Notes: generated by a model not told the origin, from the sequence alone. A DNA stretch of 62,382 nucleotides, filler included, from Sphacelaria rigidula (GCA_964200075.2; 6 parts of 6 records of this genome joined end to end with filler, not necessarily neighbours in it), one strand, 5' to 3'. Counted from the first letter of the whole stretch, positions 1 through 12,430 are shown. A program made the numbers and translations.

Positions 1-440
1 CATGATCATGAGTACACCCCCCCCCTACAATAATCAAACCACTAAGGCAAGCAACGAATAAGTACGCACCCCCCCCCCCCTCCCCGCTCCCGCCCCCGCC
101 GCCCGCCCGCTGATCCCTTGCTTCTCCTTGCTTTCTAGAACAGTGGAAACAACAGGGGTCGTGATCCAAGTCACACTCTCATCTCGTGGGGGAAGGGACC
201 CGGTGAAGCCACAGTCGTATCATACAGCTTGTACAACGAAGCTCACGGTCATGATTCATACATTGTATACAATACGCGAGTTTTTGTACTGTTTCCAAGT
301 TTCAAGAAACCAAGACGAGGGTGAGATGGCACACAACTTATTTTATTCATTGTTTCAATTTTTCAGTGCCCCCCCTCCCCCCCCCCGACCCCTCCCATCC
401 TCCGCAGCAGCCAACACCTCCGGACCATCTATCTGCTCAC

Positions 441-607
441 CCGATGACGTTGACATTGTCTGTGAGCTCGGGTAACTCGCCGAACGCTAACGGCGAAATA
501 CCCTTCCAGAAGTCTTCGTCCTCTATCGTCAGGACGGCCAAGTCGCATTCCTCGCCCACCGCCAGCCGGACAGCCTGGTACTTCTTGTCCTTGCCTCGTT
601 TCCGTAC
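441..607 (-). CDS. Deg/HtrA-family serine protease exon containing the catalytic Asp (CDLAVL); gene continues off the contig
   Basis: 167-bp exon in phase with the previous one: VRKRGKDKKYQAVRLAVGEECDLAVLTIEDEDFWKGISPLAFGELPELTDNVNVIG, then a GTGAG donor. This frame is not in the ORF track. Confidence 0.93.
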
Positions 608-1294
608 CTGTGGTGTCGAAGCGGCGGAATAGGCATTTCTGTGCTATTTTTTTGTGGTATCTTGTGTGCTGTGGTGTTTGGCTCAATGTTGTGAGTGTAC
701 AAAACAGTGGCGGAATACATGAAAGAAGAGGGACGGGACCCGATCTGACCCAAATAACAACAGAAAAACAAACAGTACGATGAAACAAAAACGAATGTAC
801 TTTTCATAGTGTACGTCGTATATGTGTATGTACATGTTCTCTAGTTCCGGTGTGCTGGAAGGAAGGTATATGACGAAAAAATACGGGTTAGCCTTGTGTT
901 TGTGAGCAGAACTTCAAAAGTGGTGATGCAAGTGATTTTTTCGACACTCAGCAACCAAATCAAACGCGGGTTCCTTTCTTGTCACCCTTTTGGTGTGGAA
1001 AACACCACAAAAAGAAAGGCAGAGAGGATGGATACTTTGTGACTGTACACAGTCGAGAGAAAAAAGAAAAAGACTACAGGTACCAAAGCAAAAATCGAAC
1101 ACAACAACTTACGCTTCTCTTCACGCAAGGAAAATCAGACGCCGGAAAACTGTGCATGCTACTATTTGAATGATTAATTCCTTCAGCACGCGCAATAAAT
1201 TTGAACACAACGCAAGACAAGCCAAGGCAGCAAAGCAAAGTAACGTAGAGCAGACCAGAGCAGGCCAGCAAGAAACAACGCGCAAAGCACGTAC

Positions 1295-1438
1295 CTGAAC
1301 CATGGTAGCATATTCCACGGAATGAGCATTGGTGACAATACGCTTTCCTTCTATAGCAAACCCTGTGCTGGTGGACTGCTCTTGCTTGAGGCGCTGCCAA
1401 GGCATGTTCCAGCTGGGTAAGTTATGCGTACAGTAGAT
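1295..1438 (-). CDS. Deg/HtrA-family serine protease exon containing the catalytic His (TNAH)
   Basis: 144-bp exon, AG/GT bounded: IYCTHNLPSWNMPWQRLKQEQSTSTGFAIEGKRIVTNAHSVEYATMVQ; PWQ, STGF and TNAH motifs of Deg2/Deg9-like proteases. Confidence 0.93.
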
Positions 1439-2281
1439 CTGCAAAAGCGAGCGTTGTGATGGACAGCAAGCATGGGGGGCACCGGAAGCGGTAGGTTGAG
1501 AGATAAAGGATACCTCACCAACAATGATATGTGATGGCGATACTTGTCTTAACGCATACTCGCAGCAGTTGATCAGTTTATACAAGTATCCAAGAGATAA
1601 GCTAATGTGATGGAAAACATATGCAGTGTGAGTTCCTATATAGTGCGGTGAGTCGCCAGCCCGGCATGACCACAGTATGCTATGTCTTGTACCCCCCGGA
1701 CAATACTAATGACTGCAAGTTTTTTTATTAATCAAGCGGATGAGAGATTTGTGACATGTAATTTTGGCAGTTGTGCTGGGTCTGGTAACCCTCCGTTCTG
1801 ACCCGTTCCCTCGACGCAACCAACATTACGCGTAGATCGATGCGGACAGCAATGATATCGACGAGTTTGGCCCTTACTTCACGTGCAGCGTCACAGCAAT
1901 GAGTCCAGAAAAGGCGGCCTCATATGAGGTAAGCTGCTCACTCACGACCAAATCCCCGTCACCGGCAACAACAATAGCGACACAATCACCACCAGCAGAA
2001 ATAGAAACACCACCACCACCACCACCTCCGAGAGTAACAACAACAACAACAGCAACAGCAACAGCAACAGCACTACACCATAAACAAAATATGAAGAAAA
2101 ACAAAACACCGGAAGAGTTATAAAATTCCAAGAGAAAAAAAACACCACGTAATGTAGTATGATGTGACTATTATATATCTCTACATATGTATAGATATAC
2201 GTGGATACCACCCCATTGAAGGGAAAAGATCCCGCAAGTGTCCGTTGAGGAATCAATCACCTTTTCATATTAGCGACACCA

Positions 2282-2340
2282 GTGAGATAACTCGTATGCT
2301 TCATGGACAGAAGGTCCCGGGTTCGAATCCCGGCGCCCAC
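2282..2340 (+). repeat. tRNA-like fragment with Pol III B-box, possible SINE head
   Basis: CCGGGTTCGAATCCCGG T-arm/B-box; no clear A-box or full cloverleaf. Confidence 0.4.
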
Positions 2341-2615
2341 CATAGCGACAAAAACGAAAAATTCTCGCCCAAAATGTTAGGTGGGCATCAAAGAGTCGTG
2401 AAAATGGTGGAGGACGAGACAACTGGTGGGTGACTTCGAAGTGGAGCTCACAATCTCAAGAGAAAGTCTTGTATGGAGATTGTTGGCTTGGCAACCCAAC
2501 ACACGTACAAGACATGTGAATTGAGGCGTATATCCTCCCCGCTACCTGGCGAAGGAGGTTACCCCGAACAGTCTCTTCTCGTTAGAAGAACGTATGAAGA
2601 GGTGTATAAAAAGGG

Positions 2616-2986
2616 AGGGGGGGGGGCGCACTCGTTTGATGCTTGCCTTAGTCGTTTGACCATTGACCACGCGTCTCTGTGGAGACGGAGCACCGTTCCT
2701 ACTCCTAATGGAGACACCTCCAACATTTCGGTGCTCACCACGTTTCTTCCATACATTACACAGAAACCTTTCGCATATCTCATCCCCATCCTGTTCCGCC
2801 TTCTGTGGCCACCATCCATCTTCTGGTGCATCCATCGTTTTCTCGCTACTGTCTAATGCATCGAACGATTTCATGCCACCTTCGTTCACGTCCCGCACTT
2901 CCCCCTCAAGCACGTCCCGTTCCTCCTGTATAGTTTACACTCCGCCACTACATGAGCTCTACTCTCTATTGCTTCGCCACAGGGGC
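2616..2986 (-). mobile_element. 5'-truncated non-LTR retroposon, family A (C-terminal CCHC knuckle, poly(C) 3' end), in an intron of the Deg gene
   Basis: Minus strand reads CPCGEAIESRAHVVAECKLY...FLCNVWKKR..., ending GAGTGCG-poly(C). TSD AAAAAGGG at 2608-2615 and 2987-2994. Homologous copies at 41659-42175, 51645-51898 and 62200-62382. Confidence 0.8.
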
Positions 2987-3092
2987 AAAAAGGGGTTGGG
3001 CGCGGGGGGGAAGGATCCCGCCACATGGAAGGAAAAAATTCCCACACGTGTCCGTCGAGGAATCCCCTCTTCATATATGATGAATATCTCAC

Positions 3093-3344
3093 CCGTACGG
3101 TGCTGTCCAAAGTAGTCTCCATGAAATCCCTATCCTCGGCAAACATGGACACCGGTCTGCCCAAAGCACTCATCAATCGCTGCCGCAGATTCACGCTGTC
3201 AGCCCTGCCCCCGTTACCCGCGCTGTCGCTCCCTCTTCTGAAATCCCACTTTTCGTCCAGCACATCTTGAGCGTAGATTACTTCGTCACCGTCTTCGTCT
3301 ATTTCTGCGGCGGCTGCTCGTCGCGCCAGCGTGGTGCGCCAGCG
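3093..3344 (-). CDS. Deg/HtrA-family serine protease, internal exon (N-terminal region to ...LDSTVR)
   Basis: AG acceptor at 3346-3345, GTGAG donor at 3092; 252 bp, open, phase 0/0. Splices to give ...TTLDSTVR|IYCTH..., matching the plant Deg2/9-type 'LDAVVKVFCTH' start of the protease domain. Confidence 0.75.
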
Positions 3345-4382
3345 CTACGGGGCGCAGTAGGGTTGTTGTAGAGAAAGCAAAATATGCATGGGGCAAGCGA
3401 AAGACAAGCGGTAGGGCGGAATGGGCAGGGAGGGTAGAAGCTGTGATTTGGCACCAGGTTCGTTTCACAATTCTCACGGTAGAAAACCAGCGTCAATGGA
3501 TGAACTACCGAGAGAGGAAAAACGTACCGCCCATGTGATTCAACTAAGGTGGGTGTTACACACGGTTAGGAGCACACTGGTAGCTAACCCAGTAGGTTTT
3601 TGGGGTGAATCATTTGATTCTAGTACTCCACTGACCTCTTCTAAGGCCTCCCCGGCAGCCGGTGAACCTACACAGAATTACACGTGAGCCTGTATGAGCC
3701 AGCATAGATCCGCGTGTTCGTTGATTGCACGACGAACGCAACACGTATGCCAGCGAAGGAAAGGGCTGGCAAGCATCCACAGATCGGCTTACACAGGAAT
3801 GTTTTCGTCTGTCATAGTGCACCCCCTACCCCGAGCAGCCGGCGATGGCCGCGTGCGCAATACGTGGCGTGAGGGCCATCTACTTCCGTAACGGTTGCCA
3901 GGAACGGTCCTTTATGCACGCGGGAATTCCTTTGCGGCACTAGCACTCTCTGGCCGTAATTCTGTGTTCACGAAGAAACCAAAAAAGTGGCGGATTCCTT
4001 GGCGACCATACATGCGCATCGATGAGAGCGTGCTTTGGTTTTCCACGCATGCCATCCGGGCTGGTTTGGCCAGCACATGATAGAGAAGCGAGAGGTACTG
4101 GGGTCATGGAGACGACGTTCATCATGGAACGCGCAATCTCAACACACGTCATCGCTGCTGCACAGACATGCGTCACGTGAGGTGGTGACAAAGATATTTT
4201 TACTATTCGCAAACGAATCTTCCCTCCCCCCCCCCCCGACCGCCACCCGACTGGGGATGGTTGTGTCAGGGTATGCTAACCCCATCTACGACACAACCAA
4301 CGAGTAGGATGAAGTAACTCGACCTACAGACTACTGTGGCCTGTGTTCCGTGTTAGTGATGATGTGAGACACAGTCTAGGCG

Positions 4383-7300
4383 GTGGGTCATGCAGAGAGT
4401 GGTGACGTCCAGGCTCAACCCCAGCTTCCGAGTTGTTACCGTGTATTGGGAACCAAATTAAACCCCGCAGCTGCAGCGTTTTACCCGGCGTTGGGACACT
4501 GTCCTGGAAAGCACGTGGATGGAGATGAGGCACAGGTGAAGAAGTACCAGATTCGGCGGACTAGTGATAGTGGCCGATGCGAGCTGGGAAGGCTGCACCC
4601 TCCCCGCGAGACTAAAAGGCAAGGCAAGTACCATTATAGACGCGCCATAGAAAAATCGGAACAGAATAAAGACGTCGCCCGTAAAATTATAAGGCGAAAC
4701 AGACCAAGAAGGGGGGTAGAACCAAGAGAAAGACGTGTGAATATAGAGAAGGCTAGAGCTAGGTCACGTATCGGGGAGCCCAAAGTGGCGACCTATCACG
4801 TCCGCCCGCTGTCCCTCGCGGGGAAGAACGGAGCTGGCCATGCTGAGGTGGTACTGCCAAAATGCAAAGCCCTCGGATGTGACATCACCGGCCTACAGAA
4901 GACGAGGAGACCGGGTCGAACCGAGTTCGTTACGGCGGGTTATCGGGTCGTCTGTTGCGGGGCGGGAAGGGGCAAGGGAAGGGCTGGACAACATGGCGTC
5001 GGGTTAGCGGCCAACGAGTCGATCATCAGTAAGGCGACGTGGATTCACGCCATCATCAGCAAACGCCTCATGTCGATGGCTTTCAAGCTCGCAGGTAAAT
5101 AAAATGCTGCTACGTTTGTAGTTGGGTATCATCCTACAGACACATCACGGTCAAGAGAAGAGAGAGAGATGCTCTCGACTGAGCTGGACAGCACTGTTAA
5201 CCGAATCACTATTTATTGTAATAGACGTGAACGCTATTAACAGGATAGGGGTACGAACAGGTGGGGAGGAATGTAAAACTGTGGGGGTATACGGCCGGGA
5301 TTCCCGATCCACCGACAGTAACGGGACTTCTCCAAGGCAATTCGCAGGCGACAACAGGCTTGCCCTGGTCAAAACGTTTTGTTTTTCATCTCCAAGGGAA
5401 ACACATAGTGTATGTCCAACGATATTGCAAATCGTCCCGCGGACAAGAAACGCTTTGACCACATTCCATACGTCGGACCGACCATGATCTATCTAAAACA
5501 ACTCATGAAGGAAGACTCGCGAGTCCGTTGGTCTAAAAACACAAAATGTGTGACCGCGGAGTCAGTAAAGCCAAAGCGCAACCTTTGCACTACTCGGCAT
5601 GCTCAGCGTCCGACGCCGTAAGGAGCAAACATGGAAAAGGGGAGCCAAATGATCCGGATCACGATCCGGATCAGAATACTGAGAAGAATTAATTTCAAGA
5701 CTGATCATGATCTGCCCGACGTGTGCTACATTTTCACACGGCAAGATCACCGCAAGCTTGTTCGCGATGTCACCATAGACCTTCAATCTCCCCAACTCGC
5801 TGGACTCGGACCACAATATCGTGTGCGTCTCAGTGCGGCTCCTTGGTCGCTTCGCACACAACAGGCCTAGATGAATCCCAATTGGGCGTACACCGATCGA
5901 CAGGTGGGCAATAATATCTGGCACCAACAGATGTGAACAACTCGCCCAGCTCATCATCACCGAGCTCAAATAGGGTATACCTGGCGATACAGCCTGGTAT
6001 GAGAGGAAAATGGCGAGATCGATGGTGCGACTGGAATCATCCCGAGATAAACCGGCGTGGAGAATATTGCGAGAAGCATGCAAAAAGATCGAAGATGTGG
6101 TCCAAGTTGGGGTGGACAATTCTATGGACGTGTATGCTAGAGCGTTGGAGGAGTATACTCGGGTGCGAGACATGAGAGAATGGTACAGGCATCTCAGAGG
6201 AGGGTGGAGACTGTCTGGACGACGAATCGAGAGTGAGAAGGGTATCCGAGACGAGGACGGAAATATAATGCGGGACGAAGGTTTGATCAGTGAGAGAGGA
6301 GAACGGCACTCCTCCACGTTACTAAACTGCGTATCGGCAACTATCGACCGAGCCGTCGTCGAGCAGATTGCGCAACGACCGATAGCGCTGTCACTAGGAG
6401 ACCCGCCGAACAAAACTGAAACTGCGGAGGCTCTGAGAGCTAAGTCGAGCCGCGAAGCGACGGGTCCGGATGGTTCACCTGCGGAAGCCCTGAAGCTTGC
6501 ACTACTGAACGGGGAGGTGTCGGATATTCTGTACAACTTCCACAGCATCGTATCTGCGGTTTGGACATCTGGCGAGGTGCCACAGGAATGGAAATATGCT
6601 ACGATCAAAGTGCTACACAAAAAAAGGATAGGAATTGAGTGTGGTAACTATAGGGACTTTTCACTTTCGGCATATGCTGCTAAAGTTCTCCTCAAAATCG
6701 TAGGCAATAGGCTCGGCATTTTCTGTGAGGAAACGGATGTCTTCCCGGAAGAGCAGTGCAGATTTAGGCCCCAAATATCGACCACAAACATGATGTTCGT
6801 AGTACGCCGACTATAAAAGTTCGGACGGGAGAACAATGTCCCACTAGACATATGTTTACTCGATCTGCAGAAAACCTACGATTCCGTAGAGACCGCACGC
6901 TCCTGCGGGAAGTGCTTGCTCGGTTTGAAGTCCCGCCGCGAATGATGACGATCATCCGCATGCTTCACGACGGCATGCGAGCTCGGGTACAACTAGACGG
7001 TGGCAAACTATCCATGTGGTTCCACATCTTCCAGAGACTCAGACAAGGTTGCATTTCATCCCCGCTGTTGTTCAGTATCTTCGGCGCAGCCTTGGTGAAC
7101 GTGATCGTACAGCGGTTCGCGGCGGACCACGTCATCGTCTCAGACTTGGTTTTTCTAGATGATGTGCCAAAAGGTGACCGTGGTGAACCCATGGAAGAGA
7201 CGCCGCTGGAAAAGTTACGGCGCGCGGTGTGGGCAATTCTTTTATGCGGACGGCGCAGGCATAGTCTCGAGGACCTCAGACGGTCTTGTTCCAATTATGG

Positions 7301-7600
7301 CCGTCGTAGTGGTGACCTGCCAGGAATTCGGCCTGATAGTCTCCGAGAGCAAGACGGAGTCCATGCGCCTGTGGTCAGTATCCAGCTGCTCGGAGGCCGC
7401 CCTGAAGATCAAGGCGGTCGGTCAACGGTATAGGCAGACGGCGAAGTTCGTCTACCTTGGTGATGCGGTCAGTATGAATGCGAAAATGTCCATCGGACTC
7501 AACCGCCGCATCAGCGCAGAGTGGGTGCATTTGCGAAGAGATAGTTCCCAACTCTACGATTGACCCACTGCCCCACTATCCTTGAAAGTCAGGCTGCTCA
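4383..7600 (+). mobile_element. Decayed RTE-like LINE (APE endonuclease + reverse transcriptase), multiply frameshifted
   Basis: APE motifs VATYHVR, DITGLQKTR, HGVGLA. RT motifs ATGPDG, VPQEWK, CGNYR, EEQCRFRP, DLQKTYDSV, LRQGCISSPLLF, FYADG (YADD decayed), SKTESM, FVYLG, spread over several frames with stops (5100, 6814, 7561). 5' boundary approximate. Confidence 0.92.
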
Positions 7601-8165
7601 ACCCTTTTGGGACCGGGCCTCCAGAACGACCAATGAGACTGGTTAGTAATGACGTGTCTGGCGTCTGCACGAAACAGTAGTGTGTTGCTGAAAATCCGCG
7701 TATGTAACCGCAGGGTTATAAGGAAGACCGAAAGTTTCAAAGTTCCATCCAATCTATTCTCAGGTGCCGGGTGTGCATTAGGTAATGTACATCTTATGCA
7801 GCAAGCAGTATGGGTCGCGGTAGAGAGCTTTCAACAGGAAGCGGTGACCAGCGGGCCACCCGCCACTCATGGCTTTGGATGATATTTTTGTCCTCATCAC
7901 CTTGCCACACAGCCCTTCGTGGTAGAGGTGGGCCGCCATTCCCCTGCTTTGTTGCACGCGGCAAATTCTCTTCGAAGGGTATGGGCGTTGCGGCGCGCAT
8001 ACATACAGTACAGTACAGTGCAGGACGCCTCTCCGACTGCAGCAGCAGCTGCCGCTGCATACTACCTTGCACGTTCTGGGCAGTTCTCAGCTACCGAGAT
8101 CGATTGTCAATATATCGCTTCTCCATCCCCGTCCACTACATACGTGTTAACTGCAATCTTTCTCA
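7598..8165 (+). repeat. Dispersed repeat inserted in the RTE LINE; second copy at ~36790-37342 (minus)
   Basis: Both copies begin CTCAACCC..TTGGGAC.GGGCCTCCAGAACGACCAATGAG.CTGGTTAG and stay collinear for ~550 bp. Confidence 0.8.
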
Positions 8166-8169
8166 ACGG

Positions 8170-8472
8170 CCCCAATCTTTCCCAACGGTATTTCGTTTTC
8201 TACAACTGGGTATGAGGGTGGCTTTGCGCAAGAACTTTCCCACCGAGGCCATGTGGCAGAGGCCGGGTATTTCTACTCATATTTCTGTTTTTCCATTGTC
8301 TTGCTTTGTTCCTGTTTCTTAGTCTACTCTGGTATCCTGTTCCACCTTTCCTGTTCTTTTTATTTTTCTCTAAGCGAGTGTTTCCGTTTTGTTTGGTCTG
8401 GGGTACGTCTGTCATATTACCACAGATGGATCCTCGGGGGGTCATTTACAGTGCGACAATCAATTAAATCAA
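8170..8472 (+). repeat. Probable 3' UTR/tail of the RTE LINE, ending in AATC-like repeats
   Basis: GGATCC..GGGGGGTCA.TTA...TGCGACAAT(CAAT) end. Other copies at 41945-42071 (+), 54560-54865 (-) and 50990-51140 (-). Confidence 0.7.
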
Positions 8473-10315
8473 AAGTGTCCTGCACGCACGTGGCAGGGCT
8501 GTCGGTCGTATATCACTATTAATGATGATGTACTCTATACTACTTTGGTACTCTACTGTACTGTGCAACTACAGCACAGGATCGCACGTATTTTCGACCC
8601 GCACGTGATACACACCGGGTGTTGGGACGAAGATGGAGCTTGGGTTTCCGCGGAGCTTGGGTTTCCGCTTCGTAGAGCGTCTCTTTTTCTTTTTAGAGAA
8701 CGTTCTCGGGAATGTATGCTTTCGAAAAAACGCTAACTCTGTCTGACCCCTAGGCGGGTTCCTATCGAAGGGGTTATCTCCTTCCCGAAAAGATCATTTT
8801 CAAGGGGGATTGCCCACATAATCAACAGTTTGAGTCTTATTGGGAAGCAGTTCTGTCCAGATCAAAGCCCAGATCTGCACACACGTCCAGAAATGCGGCG
8901 GCCCTGAAAGTGGTTCTTCGATCAACATCTCTGTACTGCTACAGACAAGACGCAACAATGCAGCATAACACCCACACACCAAGTCTCGAAAAACACGCAT
9001 AGACACCCACCACTCACGCGGATTAACTCCAGCGATAGCCCTCGCTAATCTTCAGACGACAGTTTTCGTTTGACGGGAATCCGTTCTGAATTGGAGGAAT
9101 AGCGGCCGCATGCGTGTCAAACAACAATCGAAAACTCGTCGTTGCTGACCGTTCGTGTCCGTGTGCTGTGCGCGCGTCTCACACAAATCTTCGTTTATCA
9201 TTGAATTCTCAACAGATTTGAGCAAGGTCACGCAAAACGTGCTCAGCTAATGATCAGCCACGGCTCGGGCTGTGTGCTTTTCGTTTATAGAGGAACCAAG
9301 TTCCTCAGGTCCACCTCTGGTTGTGTTGGGTTGTGTAGTCTGTGCCCCTGTCAACGAGACATGTATGTTCTCCTCCGAGGTTCCCAAAAACCCTCTTTCA
9401 ACAGGGGATATTTCGGCATATCGTTTGGGGTGTGGTATCGTAGCGACCAATCACCGGTCGTTTTCGAAACAGGGAGTTTTCAAGAGATCATGACCTTCGA
9501 TAAGAACCCGCCTAACCCCGAACCAAGGCACGCCAATAACTCTCGGACAAGGGGGGTACTGAGGATGCTCCAGGCCAAGTGTGCGTTAGCACACCTCAAA
9601 TCGGCGTCTGCGGCACCGAGTTTGGCAAATGCTTGAGACTGTCAGCCCCACAAAAGATCCGAATACCGGTGTTAACACTTACATCAAGTAATAACATCCC
9701 GAAAAAGTTCTTCAAAGAGTCATTCTACGGGGTGGAAACTCTGTTGCGAAGATGTTTGTTGGTGATTCCCCTTGGCTTGGCAACATAGTAGCTAACGATC
9801 ATCCTCGCGCAGTATTTTTGGCTGTTAGCAGGTCGCGGTTGCAAAAGGATTGGCAGCCCTCGAAATGATGAGTTTTCCGCAAATAAAATAAAATAAAACG
9901 TGTGATTTGTTTCGTTATGTTGTCCCAAAAACCTGGATTTTCTCGACAAGCTGCGGTGGTTGCGTGTCGCGAGAGAGTGCTGAAGAGTGTACAGTAGCGG
10001 CAAAACCAACCATGAACATTATGCGCATCAAAACTTGCATGCAGCGAAGCGAACACGGAAAAAAGGGGGGAGGCGGTGCACTGGTTACATCATGGTGATC
10101 TCGGGCGTTTGCTCAAGCTGTTTTTTTTCTCTATTTGACGCACACGGGTGATGTGGAGAATACCCATTGCTTTTGTTGTTTCCCCCCCTTAAAATGGTGA
10201 CGCACCCACGAGGCAGTGTGTAAGCCATGGTTGTCCCTGGAAGTGGCGATACCGGAAAATAAAGCAACTCATTGTAGGCTGTCATCCAAATGCAAGATAA
10301 TCAGTAGCCTTCGGG

Positions 10316-10415
10316 NNNNNNNNNNNNNNNNNNNNNNNNNNNNNNNNNNNNNNNNNNNNTTAATTAATTAANNNNNNNNNNNNNNNNNNNNNNNNNNNNN
10401 NNNNNNNNNNNNNNN
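10316..10415. other. Artificial contig linker (N44-TTAATTAATTAA-N44); identical linkers at 20731-20830, 31145-31244, 41559-41658, 51971-52070
   Basis: Exactly 100 bp each, with a six-frame stop core; the flanking segments decrease monotonically in length. Confidence 0.97.
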
Positions 10416-10961
10416 GAGTATTGATGCTGATTCAGCAGGTGACCTACTCTCGCGGTCTCCCGCGGAGTTTGGGGGGCGAAGATACTTTCGCTCTGTGTTA
10501 CTCTTCCTGCAATGGAGGGATGGGACTTCAACCTCAAATTATGTTTCAACCCCAAAAATTAGGATCGGCTGTTAGCAGGCGCTGTGTGAATTTGTTTTCG
10601 TGACACGTTTCAGCTGGTTTTGCGAGCGGGCGTCGTAGAACGTGTCGTTCATGTGTATGAATGTTCTCAAGGCTTACGCGCAATATGTCTACGTCAAAAC
10701 AAACACCTTCCCAATTTGTCAAGTCCCCTCTTAGAAGATAGCTTTCCACCTTGAGGAAGAGAGTGTTGCACTTCCTCCGAAATATCGACGATGTTTTGAA
10801 GGTCTATGCTACCGTAGAAATCTAAAGCAGATCTCCCGCATGAGTTTTGTAAGCAACCCTATCGATGCAACGTGCGTCGAGCTCTGAAATGGTCACATCG
10901 AAATAGATTGGACGTTGATCATTTTACGAGTCGTCGAAATTTGCGATTTTTGGTGTATCAG

Positions 10962-11225
10962 GCGATGTCCTGTTTGTTGGAGTGCAGCTGGGATGTTCTT
11001 CTCTCCGACAACGATGCCGTATGGTTGAAAGACCCCATCAAAGATTTAAGCCTGCTCGAGGGAGACATTATCGCGTCGAGGGCGCCATGGCCCGCAAAAT
11101 ATGGTGACCCTATGTTCGGGGTTACGGCGTGCATGGGATTCATCTTGTTCCGCGCGGGCGCGGAAGGCATGACCGAGTTTCAGCGCATCATGAACGATTT
11201 CATGATGGAAAGGAAGGATGATCAG
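10962..11225 (+). CDS. Nucleotide-diphospho-sugar transferase (GT77-like) exon with DxD motif
   Basis: 264-bp AG/GT exon: AMSCLLECSWDVLLSDNDAVWLKDP...DIIASR...CMGFILFRA...KDDQ. The DVL.SD.D.VWL.DP and DDQ motifs fit PF03407-type GTs. Upstream exons not identified. Confidence 0.88.
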
Positions 11226-11787
11226 GTATGACCACTGCTGAAGTCGCTCTCATGGTTTCATGATCAGGCGGGCCTAACTGCAATATGAGTTGGCAGTACA
11301 TTGGCAGAGGTATATGTGGAGCAGCTCCGCGACAGGGGCGGGTGCCATACATCACGGTGGCCCCTGGTAAATAGTGTCTCCATTTGAAGCGTCCTCAGGT
11401 CATCGTAAAATAAAATACATGTACACGGAGTGAATGGGGGAGAAAAATACCTGTCCCGGGATATAGGCGGGTTACGATACACGAAGCGGCAACCCGTCCG
11501 TGTGATTACAGCCCGATTCATACTGTACCCACGTCTACGAACTCGTCCATAATGTACCATAACTCAGAGGCGTCTTACAGTCCCTATATCGTGTATCAGC
11601 AGCCACCCATGATACCGCCCCAAAAGGTGATAACCCTAACCCTAACCCTAAGATGTACAAAAATGTAGCCATCCATATTGATCCAGGCGAAGTACGCACA
11701 TGAGCGCATTTCCACAATGGCGCTACACTACTATGCCCCAGCGCCAGCTCAAGGATCCGTCTTGTCGATTGATGTCCTTCGGACCAG

Positions 11788-11865
11788 ATGTCGGTGAATA
11801 TGGCAATCGCTAGCCTCAAGCCCGCGTACGACTACAATCTGGCGACGAGCGACATGAGGTTCAAG
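11788..11865 (+). CDS. GT77-like glycosyltransferase, next exon
   Basis: 78-bp exon (CAG|...|GTATGA), MSVNMAIASLKPAYDYNLATSDMRFK; completes the DDQxxxN motif in phase 0. Confidence 0.75.
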
Positions 11866-12144
11866 GTATGATTCCTCGGTAGCCGTTGTGTGGTATTAGA
11901 AGACAGGAGTCTCGACGTTGACTCCACAGCAAATGATAGCGGATGCTTGCTGACTATTTAATTCCTGTAAACACGTCGTGCGAACTCCATTTGAGTCCGA
12001 AACGTCGACAGATTTCTTTCGACCTTCGTCTTAGCGCGGGTTGGTGCCACATCGTGGCTGAAGTGTGACGCGTCTGGCCGCGTGTTATATATGGTTCCTT
12101 GCATCATCGCATACCCTTAACTCTGATTTCATGTCTATTTGTCA

Positions 12145-12430
12145 TCTCCATCTGGGATATCTGTATGGGGTATCAACGTCCATCTGAGATGTCCCTCTGA
12201 GACATCAACATGCACCCGGGATGGCATTCCGTTTGGGGTACCCATCTCTGCTATGGACATGCACCTGGGATGTCGATCTGAAATTGTTCCCGGGATGTTC
12301 AGCTAGGAACATCATCCGAGATATGGAATGTCCATCTGTGATGTCAATCAGTGATGCCTATCTGGGATTTTCATCTAAGATGTTTATCTAAGATGTTCAT
12401 CTGAAATGTATGCATTTAGGATATCCGTCA
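12145..12430 (+). repeat. Degenerate ~13-bp minisatellite (CATCTGGGATAT-like)
   Basis: Recurrent CATCT[G/A][G/A]GAT motif; same motif at 14000-14160 (+) and 14195-14445 (-). Confidence 0.65.

Noticed and set aside
1899..2123. Pro/Thr-rich ORF
   Set aside because: Trinucleotide microsatellites (CAC, CAA, CAG) inside a Deg intron.
5562..6620. 352-aa minus-strand ORF
   Set aside because: Antisense shadow of the LINE RT region.
9473..9640. Upstream exon of the GT77 gene
   Set aside because: On a different contig, across an artificial linker; no recognisable motif.
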